Source of the DNA: a virus
Taxonomy: Duplodnaviria; Caudoviricetes
Strand: one strand, 5' to 3'
Length of the DNA: 64,000 nucleotides
IMG/VR virus record: IMGVR_UViG_3300037692_000137
Coordinates: 1 to 64,000 of that record
How positions within the stretch are numbered: position 1 is the stretch's first letter; each line of letters opens with the position of its first letter. A program made the translations under genes and the position numbers. Below are positions 44,273 to 53,306 of the stretch, one piece after another. The notes under the pieces were generated by a model. It was not told the origin of the DNA. It saw only the letters and a program-made list of their open reading frames with translations, and did not search any database.

Positions 44273-44782
44273 TTACGCTCGAGTACCAGGGGCTACGTAA
44301 CCGGCTGGCCCAGCAGTACGTGAACCAAAGTAATGCCAACCTTCTGACGGATAAATACGCGGAGCAGCAAAATCAGAAGCGTCCGCTTCGTTAGTATCCA
44401 TAACGTCCATTGAAGGGATATTAGCGCCGATGCCACGTCTACTACCAAGACCCATTACAGTAAACTCATCATTACGTACACGTTTTACAGTGGAACCCCA
44501 AACAAAAGGATTAAGGTTATACTCACCGTCCTGAGCAAAAGAAGGAACAACCGGGTTCATAAGCTCATCTTTTGCTTGATACGTAAGTGCAGTCTTGGTA
44601 TAATCGTCTGCGTTCCTAAGACCGTAGTTTAAAGCACCAAAATTAGACATCTTAATATTAAACTGTCTGTACATCTGAGATCCAGCGCCGCCTGGTGTTA
44701 CAGCGTCAGATTCTTCAGGGCCTGTAGCTGCTACTTGAAAAAAGTCAAAATTAAATGTATCTGCCATGATAATATCCTCCAA
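44273..44782 (-). CDS. hypothetical protein, possibly late/virion
   Basis: GGAGG RBS before MADTF, with a putative late motif at 44803-44822 upstream. Confidence 0.7.
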   Translation of the reverse strand: MEDIIMADTFNFDFFQVAATGPEESDAVTPGGAGSQMYRQFNIKMSNFGALNYGLRNADDYTKTALTYQAKDELMNPVVPSFAQDGEYNLNPFVWGSTVKRVRNDEFTVMGLGSRRGIGANIPSMDVMDTNEADASDFAAPRIYPSEGWHYFGSRTAGPAGYVAPGTRA

Positions 44783-44802
44783 AAGTATTGTTGATTTCCT
44801 TT

Positions 44803-44822
44803 CTATATATAAGAAAGGTTAG
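44803..44822 (-). promoter_or_regulatory. degenerate copy of the putative late promoter motif
   Basis: CTAACCTTTCTTATATATAG here versus CTATCCTATCTATATATATAG at 15259-15280. Confidence 0.35.
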
Positions 44823-44877
44823 ATTATTTAACTCTTACTTACTATATAGGACAAGAAATCAATTCTATACTATTAAA

Positions 44878-45753
44878 TTATTTTTTATTTTCCATAAAGT
44901 CATAAACTCTAATAGAAACGGTACTATTATCAAACAGATATTGTGCCATATCGTCATACTGCTGTAAACTTGAAACTATAACCTCTTGAATACCAGAGTT
45001 TATAATTTTAATAGCGCACTTACTACAAGGGGTACCACACGTAAGGTAAAGAGAGGCGTCTTTTGTGGCTATACCCATACGGGCGCAATTAACTATGGCA
45101 GATTCTTCTGCGTGGCTAGCGGGACAAAGCTCCATACCCTCACCAGATCTATACCCAAGCACTTTTCTGGGGCATTTACCTACCAAGTATTTAAAATTAC
45201 GCTCGGGGCGGGTATTCAATGACTTGTCTAATAGCCATCTATGGTCGCAAGTAGGCACCCCTCTTGGGGGACTGTTGTAACCAGTGCCTAAAATACTATT
45301 ATCTCTTACTAATACAGCGCCAATTCTTCTAGAAAAGCATTTAGAGTTTCTAGCCGCTTGGGCAGCAACACCGTAAAAATACTCATCCCAGCTTTTAACA
45401 GGGTCTTCAATAGATAGTGAGTAATTACAAGTAGACTCTGTAGGCTCTTTCTTAAATTCACCACAGTGGGTTAACCATTTATGAACTAGGGCTACCACAC
45501 CTGAGTCATCTATACATTTACGCGCAACAGAGGAATCTAACATGTCTAAAAAAGCGTTATAAGAGTAACCAAGGGTGTACGAAACACTTATAACGTTGTA
45601 TATTTGTACAACTTCAGAGGCAACGACAGTGTCGGAATTTGCATGTAGTTCAATATTTTCATAAGCCTCTTGCGCTTTTTTAAGATTATTACCGAAATTA
45701 ATTTTAGCTGCTTTTCTAAAATCAGCGTCATTTAAATTAGACATATTATTCAT
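44878..45753 (-). CDS. dCMP deaminase with an N-terminal extension
   Basis: SWDEYF..VA...A.NSKC.SR.IGAV, GYN, HAEESAI and PCSKC. Confidence 0.92.
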   Translation of the reverse strand: MNNMSNLNDADFRKAAKINFGNNLKKAQEAYENIELHANSDTVVASEVVQIYNVISVSYTLGYSYNAFLDMLDSSVARKCIDDSGVVALVHKWLTHCGEFKKEPTESTCNYSLSIEDPVKSWDEYFYGVAAQAARNSKCFSRRIGAVLVRDNSILGTGYNSPPRGVPTCDHRWLLDKSLNTRPERNFKYLVGKCPRKVLGYRSGEGMELCPASHAEESAIVNCARMGIATKDASLYLTCGTPCSKCAIKIINSGIQEVIVSSLQQYDDMAQYLFDNSTVSIRVYDFMENKK

Positions 45754-46003
45754 CCTCTTTTAAATTGGCCAACATATCCTCGACACCGAAGAATGGGTTA
45801 CTCTTCTTTAATTCCTCTCTTTTATTCATGTAAAGAGCAAGAATATCTTCAAGATACAATAAAACGGTTTCTTCTAAATCTGGGTTTATTTCCATATCTA
45901 TTAAATGTCTATTTATATCTACCTCGTATACCTTGCCGCCGAGCCTTTCAATAAAGTCTACTATCTCAGCAAGCATTTCTTTTTCAGAATATAATTTACG
46001 CAT
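45746..46003 (-). CDS. hypothetical protein
   Basis: ORF overlapping the next gene. Confidence 0.65.
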   Translation of the reverse strand: MRKLYSEKEMLAEIVDFIERLGGKVYEVDINRHLIDMEINPDLEETVLLYLEDILALYMNKREELKKSNPFFGVEDMLANLKEDE

Positions 46004-46012
46004 TTACCCTCC

Positions 46013-46777
46013 TTACTTTAAGTGTGCCTTTACTACTTCCATAACAATGGCTTCAGCTTTAGTATAATCAGGTTTAAGAGGAAGTTTGTTATGTTTAAAA
46101 CTTTCTTCTGTTTTTTTAAATAACCTTTCCGCCTCATTTTTAACCTGTGTCAATGACCATTGGCCAAGCTTTATTTCAAGAAGCTCTTTGGCGTCCTCTC
46201 TATAAACGTTTAGTTCACCAGAGTTAAGATACTCATCGCCCATTCTTAGTAAGCGAATACAGTGAGCAGCATTTTTAGGGTCATAACCATACTTTTTTAC
46301 CAGCTCTTTTCTTTTGGCACCCATATAACCTGATTTAGTATCGCTTTCCATGTGCTTAAGCTGACCAAAAGCATAGCCATTAAAAGCTTGGAAGGCCAGC
46401 TGAGAAATAAAAATATCTCTGTTGTCTATTAATAGCTGACCGGCCTCTGTTTTACTTAAATAGTGCTCATCCTTTAACCAGAGCATCCCCAAAACGTTAG
46501 GATTGGATTTTAATAACAGCCTAACAAATTTTCTAAATTCGTAGGATACTACGTCATACTTACCTATAAAATGTTCTATGGCCCGTTCATGTTTACGTTC
46601 TAACCCTAAACCTATATAGTACTCTTTGGGGGCCAGATAGACTCCCATCAAGTCTATATCATCTATAGAGTTTGGATCTGTATTAGGTACATACATATTA
46701 TGGGCTATTGACCCTCTGTATGCTATTAATACAGCGTTGGCAGGAAACAACTCTTTATGTAATTCTGGTGTTAACAT
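46013..46777 (-). CDS. DNA polymerase beta-like nucleotidyltransferase (RlaP/YcgL-type)
   Basis: GS.AH........D.DL.GV, YE.RKF..LL.KSNPN.L..L, GYA..QL and YDPKNAAHCIRLL..G. Confidence 0.85.
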   Translation of the reverse strand: MLTPELHKELFPANAVLIAYRGSIAHNMYVPNTDPNSIDDIDLMGVYLAPKEYYIGLGLERKHERAIEHFIGKYDVVSYEFRKFVRLLLKSNPNVLGMLWLKDEHYLSKTEAGQLLIDNRDIFISQLAFQAFNGYAFGQLKHMESDTKSGYMGAKRKELVKKYGYDPKNAAHCIRLLRMGDEYLNSGELNVYREDAKELLEIKLGQWSLTQVKNEAERLFKKTEESFKHNKLPLKPDYTKAEAIVMEVVKAHLK

Positions 46778-46834
46778 TGCTGTATGATCCTTATTATTAG
46801 ATAGATAAATGTTATTAATTAACGTTTATTTTAT

Positions 46835-47227
46835 TCACCAACTTACTTCAAAATAAGTAGAATAAAGCTCCATACCGTCAAAACAAGCAGACCCTGATCT
46901 ACAAATACTCTTTGTATCTACTATTTTTACCTTGTACCCAGCAGCTTTCAATTTATTAGTGAAGGGTATAAAAGCCCCATCATTTAAGTAACCAGACAAT
47001 TTCCAGTTCTCCATAGGTTGTATCTTTACACTATTTTCACCTTCACTTGCTGCCTTAGATATAATAGAAGCTGCAGTTTCATTTAATATTTTAAGTGCTT
47101 CGGCTACAACTTCCGATTGTCTTTTATTTTTTGCTATTTGTTCTTGTTCTGCTTTAATACGGTGGCGGCGGGCGTTTGCTTTGAGTCTGGACTCAGTAAT
47201 TTTTTTAGCTTCTTGCGCACTTATCAT
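46835..47227 (-). CDS. hypothetical protein
   Basis: 130 aa ORF with a GGAGG RBS. Confidence 0.7.
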   Translation of the reverse strand: MISAQEAKKITESRLKANARRHRIKAEQEQIAKNKRQSEVVAEALKILNETAASIISKAASEGENSVKIQPMENWKLSGYLNDGAFIPFTNKLKAAGYKVKIVDTKSICRSGSACFDGMELYSTYFEVSW

Positions 47228-47231
47228 GTCA

Positions 47232-47465
47232 TTATCCTCCTAAGATTACCATGTCTGCTATGTAATTGTGACGAAAATCAAAAATCAGTGTATGATGTCT
47301 TATCTTAAAATGTATTATCCGGCCACCCCAGAATCTTTGCACGTTTACCCACTGCTTCCAACAACCCTTCCCGGCATTCGGATAAGACTTCCTGAAATTC
47401 ACGTAACGAACAGGAGGAATTAGTCGCCAGAAACTGACAAAATGTGCAACGATTGCTTTATTCAT
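47232..47465 (-). CDS. hypothetical protein
   Basis: ORF with an ATGA overlap. Confidence 0.55.
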   Translation of the reverse strand: MNKAIVAHFVSFWRLIPPVRYVNFRKSYPNAGKGCWKQWVNVQRFWGGRIIHFKIRHHTLIFDFRHNYIADMVILGG

Positions 47466-47731
47466 ACACGGTCCTCTGATAAAAACACTAAATACTTATT
47501 TAAATGATCTCGTAGCTTGGTTACCTGATCAACCCACTCAGCCATAGACATTTCATAGGTCCTATGCAATCTCGCTCTCTCATGACAACTTGATACTTCA
47601 ACAAAATAAAGATCTTCTTCTGAATCTTGCTTTGAACTCCATTTAATTTTTCCAGCGAATGAAACCACAGTACTAGTAGAGGGCTCATTTTCTGGAGTAA
47701 GAAACTCCTTTTTACACCAAATGTCTTTCAT
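47462..47731 (-). CDS. hypothetical protein
   Basis: ORF with a GGAGG RBS. Confidence 0.65.
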   Translation of the reverse strand: MKDIWCKKEFLTPENEPSTSTVVSFAGKIKWSSKQDSEEDLYFVEVSSCHERARLHRTYEMSMAEWVDQVTKLRDHLNKYLVFLSEDRV

Positions 47732-48057
47732 TGACTATCTCCTATAAAATTCCGCGGCGGGTCTAGTGCTCGCTTGCACAGACGTGTGTGCTTAAATATT
47801 AAATACGCCAAAAATGATGGCTAGTAAAACGGCATGGAATTATCCCATGACTAACGTGTAAAATAGCCAACAACAGTTGTCTACCAGCTTCTCTAAGAGC
47901 ACGGCCAGACACCATTATGTTCATATACATATGTTTTAAATACTCTGTCACTTGCTATAACCTCATCATCGTCAAAATACCTGGTCACGCCAAGAATCCT
48001 GCCATACAGCTTACATTGATTATCCCCACGCGTGTTTTTATTAAAGCTTTATATTGC

Positions 48058-48225
48058 TTATTCATCACTAAATGGGGAACCACCGCCAAAGTAGATTGCA
48101 GCAGTGCCTTGTATCCGGCCCAGGTGACTTATGTTATCCCATGTCTCATTGTCATCGGCACATACAACAACTTCGTCATCGTCAAAGAGTCTATCTAACT
48201 CTTCTTTCAACTCTTTTTTGGTCAC
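48058..48225 (-). CDS. small acidic hypothetical protein
   Basis: Own translation, 55 aa, with a GTG start after GGAGAG. Confidence 0.5.
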   Translation of the reverse strand: MTKKELKEELDRLFDDDEVVVCADDNETWDNISHLGRIQGTAAIYFGGGSPFSDE

Positions 48226-48316
48226 TTTATTTGTCTCTCCAAAAATTTAGTTATTAAATTTTATTTAGCAAATTACCAAGAACATACGGAGCCTTTTATT
48301 AAAAACAACATAAACT

Positions 48317-49900
48317 CTACAACAAGATCGGCCTTTCGGCAATAAGCCCGCCTGTGCCAAATGCTCTGCACTTTAATGACTTACACACCTTGCCTTTTTT
48401 TAAATACTCTTTTATACAAAATGATGGTTTTGTTGTTTTAAAAGTTAGTATGTCATCATCCAATAAGTGTGCAAATAAATCCTCTGCACCTTTATTAATG
48501 GGCTCCGATTCTAAAACCCATGTGTATGCTACAGGTTTTACATGGTAACTTGTTAATTTTGCTTCAACATCGCCATTATTTCTTAGTAAATTCATATGTA
48601 CAGGTTGATATATATTACACTCAAGTTCTATATCAGTGGCAGTTTTTAGTTCTACGGTTATTTTCCCTTTGGATAGGCGTTCTATGTCGGCTGCAACTGC
48701 CTGAGCTGTATTATCTCCGCCAGAAGTATAGCCCATAGAACTTATAAACCTAATTGTGCAATTTTCCCAACCATACTGCTGCATCTTCTGTAAGGCCACA
48801 TGATGCATACTTCTGATATCAGGCCCTCCTATTCTAGAACTATATTTTTTTGCTTGATACACCAATCTACGATTTAAACAAGTACCGTCCGTGCCGCCAT
48901 CGGCCCGTTGTTTTTTATTTGGTGTACCACCATCCATACGTATATAGTATGTTTCCCAAGAGAATGCGTCTAATAAATCGGGGTTCTTATTTATAAAACT
49001 TTTTTCTACTTCTTCATTCTTTGAAAATGGTATATTGGCTTTTTCTAATCGAAAAACAGTTCTATTAAATGCATTTATGTCGAAATCCATACCTATGGCA
49101 TGTCTGTCCATTTCCGCGGCGGCCAATACGGTGGTGCCTCCACCCATATAAGGGTCTACTATGATGTCCCCAGGATTGGTAAAGGTATGTATTATTTTTT
49201 TATATAAACCTAAGGGCTTCTCGGTGTTAGCTTTTTGTTCCATTTGTTGCCAGCCAGCGGGCACAGGGGCTATAGATCCATAATCAGGTTCATATAAAAA
49301 GGGCCAGTTTTCTTTTTCAGCTAAGTACCTCTCATAGGCTTCGGTTCTTACATCCCAAACCCAAGTAAATGGTGTGCCTTTACTCTCGGTGTCAATCTTA
49401 ACCATTGCTGAGGTGCAACCTACACTTTTTGTTCCTAAAGAATAAGGTCTAAAAGTTGGGTTGTAAACCCACCCGTGGTTACTCTTACAGAAAACCAAAA
49501 TGGTGTCATGTTTACTTGGTACATCTTTTTTAGATATACCACCCCCAGAGTAAGACCATATAATTGTACCTCTATAGTGCATGTTAAGCGATCTTAAAGA
49601 CTGCTCGATATAAAATCTCATAGTATCATCACAATGACAAATTATATTACCCGTTTTTTTGAGGGCGCGATACATTTCAGCGAATCGTTGCTCCATGTTT
49701 AACATGTATGTGGATTTGCCACCTTTCCATATGTCAGCCATAATCTGTATCGTACCCTCGTCATCAGGGGAACTTGTGTACACTCTATTAGAATTGTACA
49801 ATGGATCAAATATAAAATGATCTATACTGCAATCATCTAATTTTCTTAATTCATCTATATTATCCTTTGTCTGTATTATTCTAATTGACATTGATAGCAC
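48317..49900 (-). CDS. N4/N6 DNA methyltransferase fused to an Mrr-like PD-(D/E)xK domain
   Basis: IFDPLYN, EKP..L...II, VDPYMGGGTT, then ADGGTDG...YQAKKY. Confidence 0.8.
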   Translation of the reverse strand: MLSMSIRIIQTKDNIDELRKLDDCSIDHFIFDPLYNSNRVYTSSPDDEGTIQIMADIWKGGKSTYMLNMEQRFAEMYRALKKTGNIICHCDDTMRFYIEQSLRSLNMHYRGTIIWSYSGGGISKKDVPSKHDTILVFCKSNHGWVYNPTFRPYSLGTKSVGCTSAMVKIDTESKGTPFTWVWDVRTEAYERYLAEKENWPFLYEPDYGSIAPVPAGWQQMEQKANTEKPLGLYKKIIHTFTNPGDIIVDPYMGGGTTVLAAAEMDRHAIGMDFDINAFNRTVFRLEKANIPFSKNEEVEKSFINKNPDLLDAFSWETYYIRMDGGTPNKKQRADGGTDGTCLNRRLVYQAKKYSSRIGGPDIRSMHHVALQKMQQYGWENCTIRFISSMGYTSGGDNTAQAVAADIERLSKGKITVELKTATDIELECNIYQPVHMNLLRNNGDVEAKLTSYHVKPVAYTWVLESEPINKGAEDLFAHLLDDDILTFKTTKPSFCIKEYLKKGKVCKSLKCRAFGTGGLIAERPILL

Positions 49901-49931
49901 CGCCTCTTAAATATATTTGATGTTTTAAGCA

Positions 49932-50252
49932 TCAAGTTTTATTAATTTTATGTACTTTTTTATGACAATTACTACATAGTGTAGTCAAATTAGCCATAGG
50001 TTCATTCCAAGGATACCTTTTAGTGTACTGTAAATGATGTACATGCAGTTCTGTTTCAGGGTCCTTACATCTTGTACAACGCCAGTTATCTCTTTGAAAA
50101 ACCTTTAAACGTTTCTTCTGCCACTTAGGATGTTTAAGGGCTTTATGATACTCTTCTTTTGAAAGCCTGTCAACATTTTTTGGTTGTTTAGCTACAACTT
50201 TTTTCTTCGGAACTACCTTGTTTAAATTCTTTTTCTTTCTTAATTTTTTCAT
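49932..50252 (-). CDS. HNH endonuclease
   Basis: W.KKRL.VF.RDNWRC..C.....LHVHH...NL.TLC.NCH. Confidence 0.88.
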   Translation of the reverse strand: MKKLRKKKNLNKVVPKKKVVAKQPKNVDRLSKEEYHKALKHPKWQKKRLKVFQRDNWRCTRCKDPETELHVHHLQYTKRYPWNEPMANLTTLCSNCHKKVHKINKT

Positions 50253-51192
50253 TGTCTACCCTTCCACAACTTAGATCATTATAATCACAATTTGGTAGTT
50301 TATGTACTTTTTTATGGCATTTTTTACAGAGCGTTATACAATTATCAATATCTGCTGACTCTATTGGATTCTGTCCTACACCCGTAATATGATGACAGTG
50401 TAGCTCACCGTGTTCTTTATCACAAATCTGACAAGTCCATTCGTCCCGTCCTAAGACCATTTTACGTAGGGCTGGCTGCACCTCACGTGATGTAGCCGAT
50501 TTAAATCCTTTAGGATACTTAACTTGCCTGTATATACTACACGCTGATTTACAACCAGAAGAACAATAAAATCTGTTCTCCGAGGTAGTCTTATTATTAA
50601 GCGAAAGTAGTCTATTTTTTACCTCTGTCCTAGTTGGTCTAAATATCTTACCACAATAAGTACACTCAACCCCTAGTAACTTTAATCCTCTTTCAACTAT
50701 TATTTCCGTATGCTCACAGTATAACATAGAAGCGTAGGTCTTGTACAGAGGCAAATCGTTTTTTATAACCCCTCTATCGTCTTTTATCTTTTTCCTACTA
50801 TTACTAGCTAAACAACCACAGCTTTTGACACTGCCGTTTTTTAAATGTGTGCCAGCAACCAATTTCTCCTTACCACAATCACACAAACATAACCATCTAT
50901 ACCTACCATCTTTAGTTTTTGTATCAGTAACTTCTTTCACTACCAATTTACCAAAACGCCTTCCTGTTATATCTAGTTTTGGGCCACAGATACGTTTGAC
51001 CAGACCTTCCAAATGTAAACAACCACAACTCTTAGTGTTGCTGTGTGTGAGAGCTGAAGCTCTAACGTTTATATAATTACCACAAGAACATAAACACTTC
51101 CATAACACATCCCCCTGAGGTGACCTACCATTTTCTTTTACTACTGTTAGTCTCCCAAAAACTTTATCTTTTAAATTAGTATTTTTTCTCAT
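50188..51192 (-). mobile_element. HNH homing endonuclease with two FG.L.V/C.CG DNA-binding repeats
   Basis: Two FGRLTV...WKCLCSCG...SCGC-type repeats and a C-terminal RD.WTCQIC...LHCHH...NCITLC..CH. Confidence 0.85.
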
Positions 51193-51199
51193 ATAACCT

Positions 51200-51234
51200 C
51201 CTATGTATTAATGTAAATTACATTAATACATAGG
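51200..51234. repeat. perfect 35-bp palindrome abutting the HNH ribosome-binding site
   Basis: CCTATGTATTAATGTAA-A-TTACATTAATACATAGG. On the - strand the 3' arm includes the first GG of GGAGG. Confidence 0.9.
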
Positions 51235-51242
51235 ATAGTTAA

Positions 51243-51896
51243 TTAAATATACTCTTTAACGCCCCTAAATGTAAGTCTGTGATACTCGCATGGGCCATAT
51301 AGCCTAATAGCCTCCAGGTGCTGTTTGGTTCCATAAGCTTTGTTAGTTTTCCAACCATAGATAGGAAAAATTTTGTCCAGCTCGTACATGATACGGTCTC
51401 TTATTACTTTAGCCACAACACTTGCCGCGGCTATGGATAATACCTTAGAGTCGCCTTTAATAATTGGGCACTGTGTAGTTGCTATACTTTTAAGTTTTAT
51501 TGGGCCGTCTATAAAAAGGTAGTCGTAAGGAATATCCAAATCATACAGGGCCATTTTCATGGCTAATTTGGTGGCTTCTAGTATATTGATAGCGTCTATT
51601 ATTTTTTGATCTATAACACCTATACCTATATCACAAGTAGTGCTTAGTTCCCTGGCTAATTCTACTCGCTTAGCCTCCATTAGTTGTTTAGAGTCAGTGA
51701 CTCTACCAATGAACTGGGACATAGTATTAGGAGGCATGTAAACAGCAGCAGCCACTACTGGCCCGGCGCAGGCGCCCCTTCCAACTTCGTCTATACCAAC
51801 CGGATGAGTAAAGCCGAGACTTAGCGCCTCGGCTTCATAGGTGTAATCAGGAAACAACTTCATCAGGGTCCGCCGCGGTAGATCTAATTTTAGCAA
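51243..51896 (-). CDS. rnhB: ribonuclease HII
   Basis: Motifs GIDEVGRGACAGPVVAAAV, DSKQL, FIDG, IIKGD, SIAAAS..AKV.RD and KAYGT..H. Confidence 0.95.
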   Translation of the reverse strand: MLKLDLPRRTLMKLFPDYTYEAEALSLGFTHPVGIDEVGRGACAGPVVAAAVYMPPNTMSQFIGRVTDSKQLMEAKRVELARELSTTCDIGIGVIDQKIIDAINILEATKLAMKMALYDLDIPYDYLFIDGPIKLKSIATTQCPIIKGDSKVLSIAAASVVAKVIRDRIMYELDKIFPIYGWKTNKAYGTKQHLEAIRLYGPCEYHRLTFRGVKEYI

Positions 51897-52221
51897 GACA
51901 ATCCGGAGTAGTAACAGTCGTATCTTCTAAATAAGAATATTTAGGTGTGGTTACTTCTGCGGTGGCTAACTGGGCTTCACGTAACTTGGTTAAAGCCTTG
52001 AGTCTTTTTCTACGTGCGGCGCCGTCTACTTCCCAAATCGGGGCATATCTACTGACAGGTTTAGATCTAACAACAAGCTTAGTTACATCCAACTGGTAGT
52101 GTAGACAGAATCTACGTTTGTTACCTCTAACCTTATCTTTTTTAATTAGACACCTAGTGGTATCTTCATTACGATTTTTACAATTACCACATCTAACCTT
52201 TTTAACATTGTCTTCTTGCAT
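51847..52221 (-). CDS. hypothetical protein with Cys motifs
   Basis: C.NC......C......FC; AAGGAG RBS. Confidence 0.65.
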   Translation of the reverse strand: MQEDNVKKVRCGNCKNRNEDTTRCLIKKDKVRGNKRRFCLHYQLDVTKLVVRSKPVSRYAPIWEVDGAARRKRLKALTKLREAQLATAEVTTPKYSYLEDTTVTTPDCLAKIRSTAADPDEVVS

Positions 52222-52231
52222 GTAAGTCTCC

Positions 52232-52378
52232 TTATAAACCTAATTCATCTTCGTCGTCTTCGTCGTCCTTGATTTTTAAATAGTCACTTAGTTCATCGAT
52301 GTTATTAAAAAACTTATCAGTATCCATGTCTATATCCACTAAACCCTCAATAAACGCATCTACGTCATCATCGGCCAT
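52232..52378 (-). CDS. small highly acidic protein
   Basis: Own translation, 48 aa: MADDDVDAFIEGLVDIDMDTDKFFNNIDELSDYLKIKDDEDDEDELGL. AGGAGG RBS. Confidence 0.7.
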   Translation of the reverse strand: MADDDVDAFIEGLVDIDMDTDKFFNNIDELSDYLKIKDDEDDEDELGL

Positions 52379-52401
52379 AATAATCCTCCTAGTAGTGTTA
52401 T

Positions 52402-52989
52402 CTAAGCACACTTATTTTTATTAATATATTTTTGTATATCTTGTAGTTTATCTATTCGTATGACCTTATTGTTAGTATACCATCTATTATAAGGCCTGTC
52501 AATTAAAAAGTTTAATGCTTTAGTGTTGGCTAGCACTGTCTCTATATTAACTACATGGTCATCAACGTAAATATCCAACTTTAATTCTCTTCCTAAAATA
52601 CCCTTACTAGTATTATGCCCTATAACATGTAGTGACGTATAAGGTATACCGTGTGTAGCAAACCATTTCTGTGTTGATAACAAAGTGGTTTCAGGGCGCG
52701 CTGTTATAAAATGAACCGAATGACCAGAAGCTAATAAATTTTTTATTACTTTGTCTACCCCAGAGTAGGGTTGTGCTTTATATAAGTAATCCGCGTCATT
52801 AACCCAGGATATAATATCATCTGCAATACTTTTATTCGTTTTATCACAGTCCGTATATTGGTTAGAGAAAAAGTTATACTCAGCAAATGTAGCCATAGTT
52901 TGTTTAACTCCCCATTTCAAATGAACGGAGTCTAATAGTGCAGTCAGTAAATTACATACAACCTCGTCAACATCTACACCTATATTCAT
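52402..52989 (-). CDS. 5'(3')-deoxyribonucleotidase (NT5C-like HAD)
   Basis: Motifs IGVDVDEV, P..G, FITAR, WF and YVDD. Confidence 0.85.
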   Translation of the reverse strand: MNIGVDVDEVVCNLLTALLDSVHLKWGVKQTMATFAEYNFFSNQYTDCDKTNKSIADDIISWVNDADYLYKAQPYSGVDKVIKNLLASGHSVHFITARPETTLLSTQKWFATHGIPYTSLHVIGHNTSKGILGRELKLDIYVDDHVVNIETVLANTKALNFLIDRPYNRWYTNNKVIRIDKLQDIQKYINKNKCA

Positions 52990-53198
52990 TTTGTATGTCT
53001 CAAATAATAGTTTAATGCCTCTATAGCTAGCACTAATTCATATTCAGTAAGACACACGGAATACGGTTTATCTGTGCCACTTATAGCCCCAAGGACTGTC
53101 CTCATTTTATTTTCTGCTAAACTGGCTGTACTTAAACGTTTTTCATGAAATCCGTCACAGTATTGTTTGTAGCCTTCAACTGTTGTTGTGTCCGCCAT
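52986..53198 (-). CDS. hypothetical protein
   Basis: ORF below a sigma70 promoter, with an ATGA-type overlap. Confidence 0.6.
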   Translation of the reverse strand: MADTTTVEGYKQYCDGFHEKRLSTASLAENKMRTVLGAISGTDKPYSVCLTEYELVLAIEALNYYLRHTK

Positions 53199-53257
53199 GT
53201 CTACACCTACTATTAAACGTTAATTAAAATACTACTAAACGAGATATTATGTTTTAT

Positions 53258-53286
53258 ATCATAACACATAATATCTCGCTTGTCAA
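53258..53286 (-). promoter_or_regulatory. sigma70-type promoter embedded in an inverted repeat
   Basis: TTGACA, 17 nt, TATGAT. The inverted repeat is 53240-53252/53266-53278. Confidence 0.65.
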
Positions 53287-53306
53287 CAGTTAATTGCCTT
53301 ATATGT

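Noticed and set aside
47735-48057. Fragmented reading frames, including a second FDDDEV-like segment and a hydrophobic frame broken by TAA
   Set aside because: There is no consistent start or RBS, and the similarity is too short to support a duplication or recoding claim. It may be decayed sequence.
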